Assembly: GCA_012295275.1 (NCBI GenBank)
Contig: CM022667.1
Coordinates: forward strand, 18,414,001-18,478,000
DNA from: Chrysomallon squamiferum
Lineage: Eukaryota > Animalia > Mollusca
Reading direction: 5' to 3'
DNA: 64,000 bases
Both the position numbers and the translations under genes were made by a program. This document shows positions 26,101 through 38,397 of this stretch, in pieces. How positions within the stretch are numbered: position 1 is the first letter of the stretch; every line of letters begins with the position of its first letter. Under the pieces are notes generated by a model. The model was not told where the DNA came from, made no database searches, and saw nothing but the letters and a program-made list of their open reading frames with translations.

Positions 26101-29100
26101 TTCACAATATATGTGGAAAAGCTATGTAATAATAAGTGCCATTCCTTTTCTTGAAATCAACAGTTAAAAAGAAAGGGAACTGTAAGGAATAAAAAAATGT
26201 GTCTAATTCTGTTAACAGAATTAGACCCATTTATATTTCAGAATGCTAACAGACTAATTTCTGAAATATTAAAAAAAAAATCCTTTCTATGAATGAACTT
26301 TCTAACAGACTAAAATGTAAAACATTTTGAAAAAACCCATTGAAAAATCGAATTAGTAGATTTACTGCACGTTTATTTTGCAAATCTACATAAAATTCTA
26401 ATAATATAATACATTTATGATATTTAAATTTCTGGAATGAAATGAAAATACATCTTAAAAAATCCCTGTATGAGGTAAATCTACATATAAAAATAATTTT
26501 ATGAAATATACAGGTAAAGATTTTTATGAACAGAATTAAATAAACCTACATGAATACATATTGTGTGAGATAATCTACTTACAGATTATTGATAATCCAG
26601 TTAAACTGTTCCCAAGGCTCAATCCATTCTTGTGAAAGGTGGTTTTCAAAACTGTTGATTAAAGCTGATAAGTAGCTGTCATCTCCAACAATAATTCTTA
26701 AGTCAGAAAGACGACTGGTGGATTCAGGAAATGTTAGAACTATACATGACATTGGGAAAAAAAAAATGTCATACTATTTTATAATTGCACTGTAAATATT
26801 CAGCTACTAGAAAAACACCCAAATACAAATTACACATGCATGCACTAAACAATCAAATAAAATAAATAATAAAATAACAGACAGGATATTAAAAAAATCA
26901 ATGACATTTAAAATAAAAGTGGCGATCTACAGTAATTAACCCAGTTTGTAATATGTTTTCTTAAAATATTTTACAAACAGCAAACACACACCTAATACTT
27001 AAGCACTTATTAAGTGTTATTTTCATCTAATTAAAACAGCAAATGGCAGACAAGAATTACCATCCACCCTGTTGCTACTGCCTCTGTCTAAGTGACCTGT
27101 ATATGGCCCATTTTCCAGGACGGATAAAAACAAGAAGGGAATCAATTCCTGAAGTTGAGCAAGTAACAAAAGGAAGCGACCTTCATCAAGAGGAAGTGTT
27201 GTACTATTCGTGGTTTTCTGAACAGCAAGAGCTCCCTAATTGGAATAAAATAAAATATACTGATTATTAATATAAAATATTTATTTTAATAAATATAAAC
27301 ATACAAAAACAAATACAAATATTTTAGTGAAAATTGTTTAACGTTAACAAACAAATTTTAAAAATTTATTATTTTTAAAGTAAATATAACTAATAAAGAA
27401 TTTTGTTTTATAATGAAAGTAAGAATTATGAATAATTTTAATTTACTTTAAAATGCTTTTTTAAATTATTTACTTAAAAATTAACTAAAATTATAAAAAG
27501 ATGTTGAAATATGCAATCATGTTTTTAAATGTAGTACACAGTAGTGTGAAGAATAAAAAACAACCAAAGTTCAATGATTAATAATTTAATTAAACTACGT
27601 GAACACTCAAGAGTTGACAGATTTTGAATGAAAACAGCAACTATTGTAACACTAAAACCACCACCATAAAGATAATCATTATTATTGATTTTTAAATGTT
27701 TTATTTTTTAATTATACTTGAATTAATGAGAAAAAATTATATATATATATATATGTTTTAAATAAGCTGCATTATAGCTTTAAGCTTTATTTAAAACTGC
27801 ATTTTCAATCTGAGAGCAAAAGATTAGGAATTGTAAAAATAGTAAACATGTCAATAATTATACAGCAGATTACTATGTTATGGATTAAAAATGTAGTTTT
27901 ATAAATATTGTTTAAACAAAGGCTATGTTCTTACGTTAAATGTTACTCAGATTAAATTGTTTATATAAGATTACAAAAAGAGTTGTCTGTTGATTAATAA
28001 GCATTTTTGAATCTTCTCATTAATGTTTTCAGATTGATTATAGTTTACAAATTAACAGTTTTGATAAAAATAGAAGGATAACAAAGTAATGTTTGAAGAA
28101 AGTCACTTGAGGAAACTTCCAGGTCAAAGGTCAAGAAGTGGTGCTGTGACCAAACATTGCAGTGGAATCTGAAATGACACTCAAAACAGCCATGTTTTCA
28201 CCTTCATGCATCTCGCACACATCACAGAAAGTATCTCCACACATTTTTTTTTAATTTATTTATTTATTTATCAAATTAAAATTCTGTACCAGCAATAACA
28301 TCTGGGTTATTTTCTTGTTTTTTTTTATTGTTTCCTTTTTATTTTATTTTGGCTTCTTATTTTTGTTGGTAAGTACAACTGTAACAATGACTGCATATTT
28401 TAAAGAAATGAGAAAAGTCAATTTGAATTTTTTAATGTTTCAAAACAAATTATTTTGTTTCTTTAAAAGTTTCAATAAAAGGTATATGTATTTCCAAATT
28501 TCTGTAGAATCAAAGTTTGATTTGCAGATATATTTTAACATGCTGTTGTCCTCGTAACTAATGTGGAAGGTAAATGATGCTGCTTTGTTTTTAATATTCT
28601 GAAGGTGAAAACAGGTTTTTGGTCCTATCCCAGATCAAACTGGGAAAGAAATTCATTAGAGAGTAAATAAATAAAATAAATGAAAAGCTAGACTAAATAA
28701 GCTACAGATGCTATGAGTATTGGTTCAAACTGAAGTATAAACAAGATCATATTTTTTTTTTTTATGTTGTTTTTGTAAATATCACAAATATATAAGAAAA
28801 TTTTGAAAATGCAAAAACAATTTGTAGTATTCTAAGAATAAGGTAACAATATTCAGTTATTTACAAGAAATAAATTAACGTTCTGAATCGGCAACCAAAT
28901 GTACATCAACAGAATATTTAAATACATAAATATACTCATATTGCTGTAACACAGCTAGAATAAGCACCGACTCTTTCAAATCAAACTGCTCTACACAAAA
29001 GTAAACATAAGTATTTTAATTTAAAATAAATATTAAAAAAATTGTTTTGTATTATAAAATATAATTTGAACCAACATTCATTAAGCAAGGAGCTGAAGGA

Positions 29101-32100
29101 AGACATGTAATAGAGATGTGCCTTAACCATTTCTTCCAGTTCACGAAGTATAGAATGTAAAAGATGATGTTCAAGTTGTCCCAGTTCGTATGCCCATGCA
29201 GCAAAAGATGGCAGAAAGACATGAAGAGCAGACATGACCACTTTCTCGGATGTGTCCTGAAGAGCCAGCCGCAAGAGATCATATCCCTGAAATAGATAAT
29301 TCAATATTCTGTTTTTAAATGGTTTGAAGAATAACAATCAAGAAAGAGTGAAAAATATTGAAATGATTTGTTCACATTGTTTGAATTATAATTAAGTTTA
29401 TATAAAATTATTCTTACAGTAAGTAACAAAACAAATAAAACCATAGGATGTAATAAACAGAACACAGTAAAATGCGCACATACACACATACACAAACATT
29501 ACTAATACAGCACAAATTTTTTGTTAATGTGATTTGAAATTTCCTAGGTTACTACTTGCTAATCTTTAGCTCTTTAGATGTCTTTCTTGCTGCATGAGTA
29601 CTGTTTGAAATAGTGGTATTTACTGGTATTTCAAAGAAAGGGTGACGTCGGCAGTTGGTGAGTTATGTGTTTTTGCATGTTTGAACCTTAGCACTGGATA
29701 AAAATCACTAATCTAGCAACCTGCAGGTTTCACTGGTGTTGGATCAGTAATGGTTAGCCTTAATTTAAATATATATATATATATATACCATGATTAAAAA
29801 AGTTCAAGTTTGAACATACCTCTGTAAATTTATCACCATCACAGATCCATCCAATGAGATATCCTAGACTGCGTACAACGGCTTCTCTCACCTCCTCATC
29901 TTTGTCATCCAACAACATCTGCTTCAACATAGACAGCAATAGAGAACTTCTTAACTCGTGCTGAAAATAAACAACAACATATTTTTCTAATTACTTTCTT
30001 TAAATTCTGAAATATGCACTTCTTAATTCATGTGGGAAAAACAAAAACAAAACATGTATTTCTAATTACTTTCTTTAAATTTTGAATTATCATGGTGTAT
30101 TGATGTATAAAATTATAATAACAATGAAGAACACATAAATAACCTATTCAAGATTGAGGTTTTCAGAATGTATTTAAAAAAATAATACTTACAGAAAGAT
30201 ATGATGCTAGTGAACCGCAAGCTTCAGCTACTAACAACCTCCTCTCCACAAATTTATGATTTATCTGCAACACAAAAGTCAAATAAAAAGTAATACGATA
30301 ATTTTATGTGTTTCTAAAAAAAAAATAATAATAAAAAAAAAAATATTAACAACAAGAAGAAGATGAAGAAATGCAAATTAATAATAAGGAATCCTTAACA
30401 AAAAATTTCAATACTAATTTAAAATTATAACAATATTAAATAATAATGCAATTTTACTGTAAATTAAAATAATGTTATTAATAATCTAAAGCAACAGAAT
30501 AAAATTAAATACAATTTACAGGAATGATATATTAATATATAAAGTATTTTAATAAATAATTTACAGCATTTGATATAAACAATAAAAGATTTTACAGTAA
30601 GCACAGTTTTTAATGTTTAAAAAAGGCTAAATAATGTATATTTGATTCTCACTCACTTCCAACACTTTTTAATATACAAGAATTTTGTCTTTTCAAGGCA
30701 CAACATACACTGGGGAAAATTAATCCTTTTTACTCCAACTATATTTAAAATTAGTGTGTTGTGACTTCCATGTCAAGACATCTCAACAAGAGCTCCAAAA
30801 GTATTAATGTAAAAAAAGCTAAACAATGAAAATTTGGTTCATACTTGTTCCCAGCACTGAGGAAGAAGTTCTTCTTCAACTCGAGTTGGTCCAACATGTT
30901 GAGCAAATGCTATACAACCAGTCAGAATAATTTGTCTGTAATGTCAAAAAGATGAAATTACAAGCAATAATTTTGTAAGGCTAAGTAAGTAGTTGCAAAG
31001 AAAATATTTTCAAACAACATCACTTAAACTGGAAAAAGAAAACATTATCAGTTAAATTAGCTATAAATTACCTTTGTTCTTCATCTGGTTTCTTTATAAG
31101 ATTAAACAAAATATTCAACAGATGGTCTCTTTCTTTGGAATCTGGATGTAACATTGCAGTGCACAGAATCAAGGGGATCAACTCCTGTTAAACAGTATTA
31201 GGAAAAGGTTTATCGTGCATTTCGCATTATTTCATATTCTGTTAAGAAAAAATTATTACTTTTTTTGTTTTTGTTTGTTTGTTGTTGTTGTTTATAAACA
31301 TTGTTAGACTTCAGCATCTCATCTAATTAATGTTGCATTTGATCTATATTTTTGACTTTAAAGAGATATTTGAAAAATATATTTTATATCAATATATCAC
31401 TGTTATAGTCTAACCTAACAATATAATCATAATTTAATGCAATCCAAATAAAAATCTAGTAAAAGTTAATAATTTCAATATAAATTTACAATAATTGTAT
31501 ATGATTAAAGCTAAACAAATTGATTCCATAAGAATTTCTTAAATTCTTTCTATATATAAAAGTAATACCTCTCGCTTAGCCAGAAGAACATTTGGTACAA
31601 TATATGGTAGGCATCTTCCTAGCATTAAAACAATCCCGTCTATGCTGGAATGACTGCTTGTGGAAACCTGAAAAAAAAACAAAAAACTAATTTATTATAG
31701 AACAAAAATCCCTTTCAAAATCATATTATATTCTTATAAAATAATCCTAATCAGAATAGATTTAATTATTTTTTAATTTATTCTCTCTCAAGTTTTATTT
31801 TTTCACTTTTAATTTTATTTATTTATTTATTTATTTATTTATCGTGAGGGTTTTTTGGAAGTGTTTTTTGTTTTGTTTGTCTGATTTATAAATAAAAAAG
31901 GTTTTTAATTACTTCTGTGACTATTCTGTTGTTTCTGGAAATGTGGAATGCAACTTCTTGAAGAGCCATTTTAAATGATTCTGATAGCTTTCTGAAAATA
32001 TAAATAGAAGACAAACAGTCTGAGATGAAAACAAATATTTTAAAAGTAGATATACTAGATATGAAAGTATGGGTTTTTTTACAAATTGTTTTACAAACTG

Positions 32101-35100
32101 CAAGCATAGTGCAAAAGGAAAATATTAATAAATAAAAATGAAAAAAGAAGGATAATAAAATACCAAAAACTATATCATTTTAACATTCTACAGTAAAATG
32201 TCAACTCATTTATAGTTAAGTTAGCAAAATTTAAATTTATACAGTATTTTCCATTTACTACAAACCTCTCATTTGTTGAAACAACTATGGTGGTTTGATC
32301 TTGTTCAAAAGAATCATCATTGTTACCATGACATCTTTCATTTAGAGAATTGGTGTTTATTTCTGCTGTATTTGTTCCAGCGTCACTGTTGACTGAAGAC
32401 ACATGACAAGAATTGGCCAATGAGATTTTAATATCCTGCTCTACCACTGGCTTAGTATATTCTTGGAAAGGCCAATCATTTTTGAAAGCCTTTTTCAATG
32501 GACTAAATGATGGTTGAGCAATAGGAGTGGAATGAACAACATGAGCATTTCTTGGAGTACTGAAAGAAAGTAAAGAAAAATATTAAACCATTTCACTGAA
32601 CCTGAAGAAAAAATAAAGTGAGAATTATCCCGTGAGAAATGAAAGAAGATCATAGAGGGTCCTCATATGGATACATCCTGGAGACAAGCTGCAAAACAGC
32701 AGCAGCCAAAAACTTTGATTTATTAACATAAAAACAGTTTTTTTTTTTTTTAATTTCTCACAGGAAAGAAATCAATTTAATTCATATTTTATTTTATTAT
32801 ATTTTTTTTTTTTTTTTTTAGTTGTTACAACTTGTTATAGAGTTACTAATTTATTTTCAAATTACTGACTGGCCAAAAAAACATTGTTTAAAAGCTAGTC
32901 TTTATATTAACAAATGTAACAAATTTCACAATAAAATACTGAAAGCATATACACAAAAATTAATAATTAAATAATTACACATACAGTTTCAGTATTTGCA
33001 CTTGTTTTGACAGAACTTCATTTTCCTGACTAATAACCTGTAGTTGATCTTCAAGCTTCAAGATTTTTAATTCCTGAAAAATAACTTTTAATAATTAAAA
33101 TACATATTTCTACTGCAGACATTGGCAAACAAAATTCTGAAAAACAATTTTGAAAATAAAATATAATAATAAATGTATTATAGGAAATTTTTTAAAAAAG
33201 AAAAAGAGAAACTGATACTCATAATTATAGAACACTGGGTCATATTTAATATAATAAGGTTTACACTTCTAAAAAAAGTAATTAGGCAAATACTGAAACG
33301 ATAAAATAAAAAATAAAATAAAAATGTGTTTCTATGACAATCTGGTTGACTAAAAGGATGTTATTTTTTAATTTGTTATTTTAACTCATCTACCAAACAA
33401 CTTTTTTCTATATACAGTGGTATATAGAAGTATATGACTTAGAAGTTTAATTCGTACCATGACCAAGCTTGTATCTCAATTTGCTCTTATATCAAATCAA
33501 TTTTCCCAACTGAAATTAATTGAAATACCATTAATCCGTTCCTGCCCCCCAAAAACCACCCCATTTTTTGTTTTTGTAACATGTTTTTGAATAAGAAAAA
33601 TGTATTTATAAATAAAAGAGAAGAATGTAAAGAAATAAATTGGTTTTATATCATGTATTTATCTTGGAGATTAGACAAATTATTTTAGTTACAGCCTCTA
33701 TCGACTCCTTCGGCTTCAGTATGGTACATATCGTAGAAGTACTATACTTGTACTATTAAGTTTATTATATGTACACCTCGCTCATGTTTTTCTATGATTT
33801 CATGCTTCAATTTAATGGACATCATACATTTCTTCTTCTCAACACTGTCCTTTGCACTCACTTTCTTAGGATCCATGGCAAGAAAAAAAGAAAATTGGCA
33901 GAATACTGCACAAAACGCGAGCACAACACAACAGAGATTTTGGGTGAACAAGTGGGGAACACTTAATTTTGTTGTGAAAAAAAAGAATTCTGAAACTGAA
34001 CACATTTGACATTTGCTTCTGTGGTGAGGTAACTATGTGAAGTAAAGGAGTGAAATGCAGGAGTCTGGCCGGATGTTGTGTTGTTCATGCACCAATTAGC
34101 GGCAGCATATCTGAATCTTGCTTATAACTCGGATTTTGGTTCACAACTCAAAGCAAAAAATCAACCGGGCGACTGCTTGTAACTTGAAAAACCCTTAGGT
34201 TAGGGCACTTTTAATTAGAGATAACACTGTAGTTGAATGTTTGCATAGAAAAAGTGATTGACAGAATTAAATACAAGTATGTGTATGTGTTCCCATGCCC
34301 ATGTGCTTATCTATGTATGTATTTATAATTTTATAATCTTTTTACATTAAAAGATAGAGAATGATATACACCAGCTGTTCTTTGACTTGTTTCCAATCTT
34401 GCTGCATCTCAAGGTGATGTTCATCATCTATGTCCACCTCACAGCTCACATCTGCTGTTTCCTTTGTAGGCAACATATGGTTGCCAAAGTCTCTAAACAA
34501 ATGCAAAAGTCCTGGGGGTCGAGGAATGTTCAATCCTACATCATCCCAGTCTTCAAAATCCTGAATTAATGAATGAAGGAAGGACCAGTTTATTTAGCAA
34601 TTATATCAAAACATTTATTATCCATATAAACTAATAAATATATCACTGAACCATATCCTGAACATTTCACATATTTTTAATAAACAATATCATGTAACTG
34701 TCTATGATAGTGATGAACAAAACATTTATTGGGATTCCAAACTGATAATCAAAATACATTATAACCCACACCTTTCACCCACACACATACACACCAAAAA
34801 ATATATATATATAATACCCATTTTCTCATCTTATGTAAATCACTAAATTAATTCAGAATATATAATTTTTTTCTTTTTATGAATCTTGGTGTTTGCCATT
34901 TTGAAAGATTTTTGTTGACCAAATATGTGAGTTATTTCTCTGTGAAATAAAACAGTCTCACCTGCTCTTCATTCTCTTCAGCAAATGTGACTGAAGTGAG
35001 TTTGTAGTTGTTGATCAAAAGATATTCATTAACAAGAAAATTCAAAGCTTTGTGTTCCAGTGGTTTAATGTTATCAACTTGAGAACCCAGTGGGTGAGCA

Positions 35101-36990
35101 TTTTCATTGCTATCTGGAGATACAAGATCACTTTCTACAACAAACATTAAGACAACTTATTCAATATAACTAGATATTTGTTTATTCATAAATACTCTGA
35201 TTTACTTAGATATTTATTATATATATATTTAACATAAATCAAAATTGATCTGTCCTTCCATAAACCTCAAATGAAAAGAGACAAAATTTATTTTTTTATA
35301 AGATCTTAATTTTTATCTATCTCAACTAACGCATTATTTTTAATTATAAAAAGTGCTTATACTCTTCATTATTTTTTTTATTTATATATGTTTCTTGGTT
35401 ACATAATTGAGATATAATTTACAAGCATTTAACTACTTAAATGTTTTATTACACAAACCTGCTTCTTTTGTTAATGTGGCTCTCAAGTGTTTGATTGTGT
35501 CCTGTGCTTTCCGAAGTTCAAATTCCAGAACTGAAAATAAACACATCTTATAAATACATTAAACTGATTAATTTTTCCATTGTTCCCTTAATAATTCCAT
35601 GTAGATGATTAATTCATTATCAGTGATGTCAAAAAAATCTAATATAATGATGATTTGATAAAAATGAGGTTGCAAAAAAAATAGTTTCTGGCTGCTAGTA
35701 AAGATGAGTTTTCACTGAGAATTTGTCAATTATAAAAACATAACAAAGAGACATTTATTTTTATTATTAATTATTTCTGATATTGCAGAACAACTTTTTA
35801 TTATTTTTGATGTTTGTACAAGAATTTTGGCATATATAAGATCATAAATTTTAAAAAAGAAATCACATTTATGTTGCCGGTTGAAAACAAAAATTGAAAA
35901 GAATTTTTAAATTTTGACCTGCAACTCGTTCATCCACCTGACGTTCACCATCATCAGAGTAGCGTGCAAAGTCAAGAGAATCAAAAGTCTGGACACTAGG
36001 TGCTCGGGCTGTAAAATAATTGTATAATATCATGTGTGTATACACTCACACGGATACACATATCAAAACATCTACTGTAGATGATGAAAGTAAAATAAAT
36101 AAAAATGTGTGCAATATTTATATGCTCTGCCATAAATAGGAACTGTAATTACTTTTCTTCTTAAAATAAATTAGATAATACATAGACACATGCACATACA
36201 CACATTGGTGTTTTAACATGTCACATAATCATGCTGTCTAAATATATTCTTCACAATACAATTATTTACTCATTCATAAATTTACAATATTACTCTTGTT
36301 GTCAATAACTCTAGTATGTTGAACTGATCCGTTTCCGAATTAAAACGTTACTGATTATTACTGCAGCAGTAATACACGACATCGGATATTTAATCTGTTA
36401 TTTTGAAAATTTTGTATTTTAGGGTTTGTATGAAAATTTCATATTAAAAACCTTAAGAAAATCCCAGAAACAAGTATTTATCGTAAGTACTTGAGATCTT
36501 ACACAAAATCTAATCGTTGTTCACCTCGAAGGTACAAAATATATTACAAATTAATAACTGAGTATCACACAACCGATCGAAATCAAAGACGAGTATCAGT
36601 ATGTATCAAACATCTTAACAGATGTTATAAAAAATGTACTAGAAGTGATATTTCTACTACCCCAGAATCATCTGCTATATCATACATACGCAAGGTAGGC
36701 GAAGGTGGTTCTTCTTTTATTCTTTCAAAGTTTCCAGGATTGGAAAAGTAATCTCTTAGTCTAGGAAGTTCACGGCCAGATTCAACAAGTTCAGTATGCA
36801 ATTCTAATGCTGTCAACAGATAATTGTCTTTTAGTAATTTTGCTGCTATTGCATCCCATGAAATGTCAGACGAAACAACTGTATCAGAAGTTTCGGTAGA
36901 ATCAGGTACGAGGCATGTATCAGAATAAACGTTATCAATATGTGCTTCACCTATATCCTCTTCCTCAAATGGATTCAGTTTATCCGCCAT
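20018..36990 (-). CDS. RELCH: RAB11-binding protein RELCH (KIAA1468; LisH, coiled-coil, HEAT repeats), 24 coding exons in window, 3' end not found
   Basis: Exons join in frame at GT-AG sites and give RELCH-specific motifs: LLTALELHTELVESGRELPRLRDYFSNPGNFE, DSLDFARYSDDG, LisH ALNFLVNEYLL, GRCLPYIVPNVLLAKREELIPLILCTA, LLPQCWEQINHK, VGPNTEPRFRDE. Confidence 0.95.
20644..20707 (-). CDS. RELCH: RELCH exon 23 (SVRLSTIPSLGAIIEQITIRE)
   Basis: AG / GTAAGT, conserved. Confidence 0.92.
20860..20942 (-). CDS. RELCH: RELCH exon 22 (...VVPALVTLANDPE)
   Basis: AG / GTAAGT, conserved HEAT repeat. Confidence 0.92.
21201..21300 (-). CDS. RELCH: RELCH exon 21 (HELLLSVLWNGVVHSAAHVRATAACMFE)
   Basis: AG/GT flanks, conserved. 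Confidence 0.92.
21546..21652 (-). CDS. RELCH: RELCH exon 20 (EDDRKTLAGFL...APLDSLKAAYLEL)
   Basis: AG/GT flanks, conserved. Confidence 0.92.
21750..22258 (-). mobile_element. Decayed hAT-family DNA transposon fragment (TTF-type zinc finger) in RELCH intron 19
   Basis: Minus 22173-22018 reads WKDEFSWVAYDEENNTLFYIQCRKYETVGRFVKGTNNFRIDAIKIHPESM*H, matching the TTF zinc finger of ZNF862-like hAT transposases; CAGG-starting terminus-like sequence at 22258; left boundary approximate. Confidence 0.7.
22349..22434 (-). CDS. RELCH: RELCH exon 19 (...VVPVYAAGVLISFNL)
   Basis: AG/GT flanks, conserved VP.YA.GVL. Confidence 0.9.
22628..25458 (+). mobile_element. Non-autonomous long-TIR DNA transposon, Sola2-like, in RELCH intron 18
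   Basis: Inverted arms 22628-23244 and 24826-25458 (~620 bp, high identity); GGG...CCC termini; TATT on both flanks (4-bp TSD); internal broken transposase fragments. Confidence 0.88.
24130..24843 (+). pseudogene. Frameshifted N-terminal fragments of a Sola2-like transposase
   Basis: HEQELFIKFSTLQKNCCDPLNRH; KLCCDC; LNSILSSLGETPVKLH; ELKEEIIQFYGSDENSRMCLGMKDTVSI*NKHSEKVKHQKHLVLTNLCELYA (recalled pattern FY..DE.SR..PG.KD.VS...QK.L.L.NL.ELY); no catalytic region seen. Confidence 0.75.
25552..25600 (-). CDS. RELCH: RELCH exon 18 (VKPKFEALVKLPEEEL)
   Basis: AG / GTAAGT. Confidence 0.88.
25924..26047 (-). CDS. RELCH: RELCH exon 17 (...RVCRTFGRTFTNIK)
   Basis: AG/GT flanks, conserved CRTFG. Confidence 0.9.
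26583..26739 (-). CDS. RELCH: RELCH exon 16 (...PWEQFNWIINN)
   Basis: AG / GTAAGT, in frame. Confidence 0.86.
27061..27235 (-). CDS. RELCH: RELCH exon 15 (...LDEGRFLLLLAQLQELIPFLFLSVLENGPY...)
   Basis: AG/GT flanks, conserved. Confidence 0.88.
29122..29286 (-). CDS. RELCH: RELCH exon 14 (GYDLLRLAL...FLPSFAAWAYEL...); 3' boundary 29128 (GT donor) or 29122 (GC donor)
   Basis: Conserved translation; donor ambiguous. Confidence 0.85.
29820..29960 (-). CDS. RELCH: RELCH exon 13 (HELRSSLLLSMLKQMLLDDK...)
   Basis: AG/GT flanks, HEAT repeat. Confidence 0.92.
30193..30264 (-). CDS. RELCH: RELCH exon 12 (INHKFVERRLLVAEACGSLASYLS)
   Basis: AG/GT flanks, conserved. Confidence 0.93.
30845..30935 (-). 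CDS. RELCH: RELCH exon 11 (QIILTGCIAFAQHVGPTRVEEELLPQCWEQ)
   Basis: AG/GT flanks, conserved. Confidence 0.93.
31072..31184 (-). CDS. RELCH: RELCH exon 10 (ELIPLILCTA...LFNLIKKPDEEQR)
   Basis: AG/GT flanks, conserved. Confidence 0.93.
31569..31667 (-). CDS. RELCH: RELCH exon 9 (MLGRCLPYIVPNVLLAKRE)
   Basis: AG/GT flanks, conserved. Confidence 0.93.
31913..31991 (-). CDS. RELCH: RELCH exon 8 (RKLSESFKMAL...)
   Basis: AG/GT flanks, conserved RKLS..F..AL. Confidence 0.88.
32266..32559 (-). CDS. RELCH: RELCH exon 7 (low-complexity linker)
   Basis: ctttcAG / GTTTGT, phase 2-2, stop-free. Confidence 0.78.
32985..33073 (-). CDS. RELCH: RELCH exon 6 (coiled coil ELKILKLEDQLQ...)
   Basis: ttttcAG / GTATGT, phases compatible with neighbours. 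Confidence 0.82.
33415..34229 (-). mobile_element. Tigger/pogo (Tc1-mariner) internally deleted element in RELCH intron 5
   Basis: TA|CAGTGGTA...TAACACTG|TA ends; minus ORF MDPKKVSAKDSVEKKKCMMSIKLKHEIIEKHERGV resembles the CENP-B/psq HTH start of Tigger transposases; second copy at 59953. Confidence 0.85.
34372..34560 (-). CDS. RELCH: RELCH exon 5 (DFEDWDDVGLNIPRPP...)
   Basis: AG/GT flanks, in frame. Confidence 0.88.
34962..35134 (-). CDS. RELCH: RELCH exon 4 (LisH motif)
   Basis: ALNFLVNEYLLINNYKLTSVTFAEENEEQ; donor GTGAGA. Confidence 0.92.
35459..35530 (-). CDS. RELCH: RELCH exon 3 (VLEFELRKAQDTIKHLRATLTKEA)
   Basis: AG/GT flanks, conserved coiled coil. Confidence 0.92.
35919..36008 (-). 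CDS. RELCH: RELCH exon 2 (PRAPSVQTFDSLDFARYSDDGERQVDERVA)
   Basis: AG/GT flanks, conserved motif. Confidence 0.92.
36690..36990 (-). CDS. RELCH: RELCH coding exon 1 (MADKLNPF...PPSPTL)
   Basis: ATG in AAAATGGCG context; donor GTATGT, phase 1. Confidence 0.9.
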
Positions 36991-37010
36991 TTTGAAGATC
37001 ACGTGGGATA
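36980..37010 (-). promoter_or_regulatory. RELCH start region: YY1-type AAAATGGCGG overlapping the ATG and an E-box CACGTG immediately upstream
   Basis: Motifs read directly (CACGTG at 37000-37005); function inferred. Confidence 0.35.
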
Positions 37011-37076
37011 TATGTACATCAATACAAATATTAATTTTAGTACTAATTTATTTTGTATAAACATTTCACATTGTTG

Positions 37077-37078
<2 letters not shown>

Positions 37079-37127
<49 letters not shown>
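37079..37127. repeat. (AAT)n microsatellite between the divergent RELCH and F-box genes
   Basis: Direct reading. Confidence 0.9.
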
Positions 37128-37130
<3 letters not shown>

Positions 37131-38397
37131 AATAATAACTGAACTGATGATATTTTTCGATCGAATTAATAATAATAAAAAAACGTATATTGTGTATGTA
37201 ATCTATTCTTATTTCAATAAATTTAATTACAGCAAGTGAGCAACAAAATATTTATTGTTATTCTTTAAATTTAGGAATAAAGACAAATTTTGTCGAACAA
37301 ATTGCTTTCAAAAATGTGAACGGAAAAACTAAAAATCAGCAGTTATAATAATAATAATAATTAAAATCATCTTCAAATAGACAATAGTCGAATTCCTTCC
37401 TCTACAAAGTTTTTTTTTGTTGTTGTTTTGGTACCTGCCTTTGTCTCTCATTATTGTGATTTCTCGTTAAAGTAAACATAATGTTGCGGTAATTAAAACT
37501 GGTACGTTCTGACATGGGGAAACGAGCTCGTTCATTTTTTTTTTTTTTTTGTAGTATCACTGCATATTCTTCTTATTATTATTATTATTATTATGGTGTT
37601 GGTTTTTGTTGTTGGTTTTTTTTTTTTTTTTTTTTTTTTTTTCCAATATCTCTTTTATTGATAGTTATCGTTTGTTTCAATTTTTTATTTCTTCATTGAT
37701 TGGTATCGGTGCCAGTATTCGTTTATTTATTTTCTAATGGGCTTTGCAACTTTTGTATAGACTGGTTTAGCAATATAACGTATGTCGAAACCATATGTAT
37801 GACAAATGGAAGCTTTTCAAATTTGTACAGCTAATAATATTCAGTTCATAGACATATTATTTGTTCCTTTGAATAGGTAATGACTAATATATTACATTAT
37901 ACAGTATTAATTCTAAATGATAAAGCAACTAAAACACCCATGCACAGAATCCGTTTCCATTAGAATCCTAAAAGCGATATTCAGAAATGGCTAGATATGG
38001 AAAGCTTTTGATCTATATATTTAAATCTGAAAAATACCGGTACTTTTTCAGTGTATATGTTATTTCGACAAATAACTCGAGAATAATCAGTTTAAATGTT
38101 TATAAAGCAAAATAAAATAGTTTCTTATGTTAATCTTTTTTCTTATTTCTTTACCGTATTTGGCTTTTCAAGAAAAATGTGAACAATTTGTAATATTTCA
38201 GGAAAATACCTATTCACATTGTGACATTGTCAATCAAAGTTGATACACTTAATAAATACCATAATAATGTTTAAAATGGCAGGTGCTCATATACTATAAT
38301 ATAATTTATGTTGTGTAAACATTAATATAAAAAAAATTGTTTTGTGTTTTTAGAGATAGTTAAAAGGCTAAAAAATGAGTGCTAAAATATAAGAAAA

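Noticed and set aside
28100-28240. GC-richer intronic patches in RELCH (also 29640-29760), considered as snoRNAs or extra exons
   Set aside because: No clear C/D or H/ACA boxes with terminal stems, and the flanking exons already join in frame; probably repeat debris
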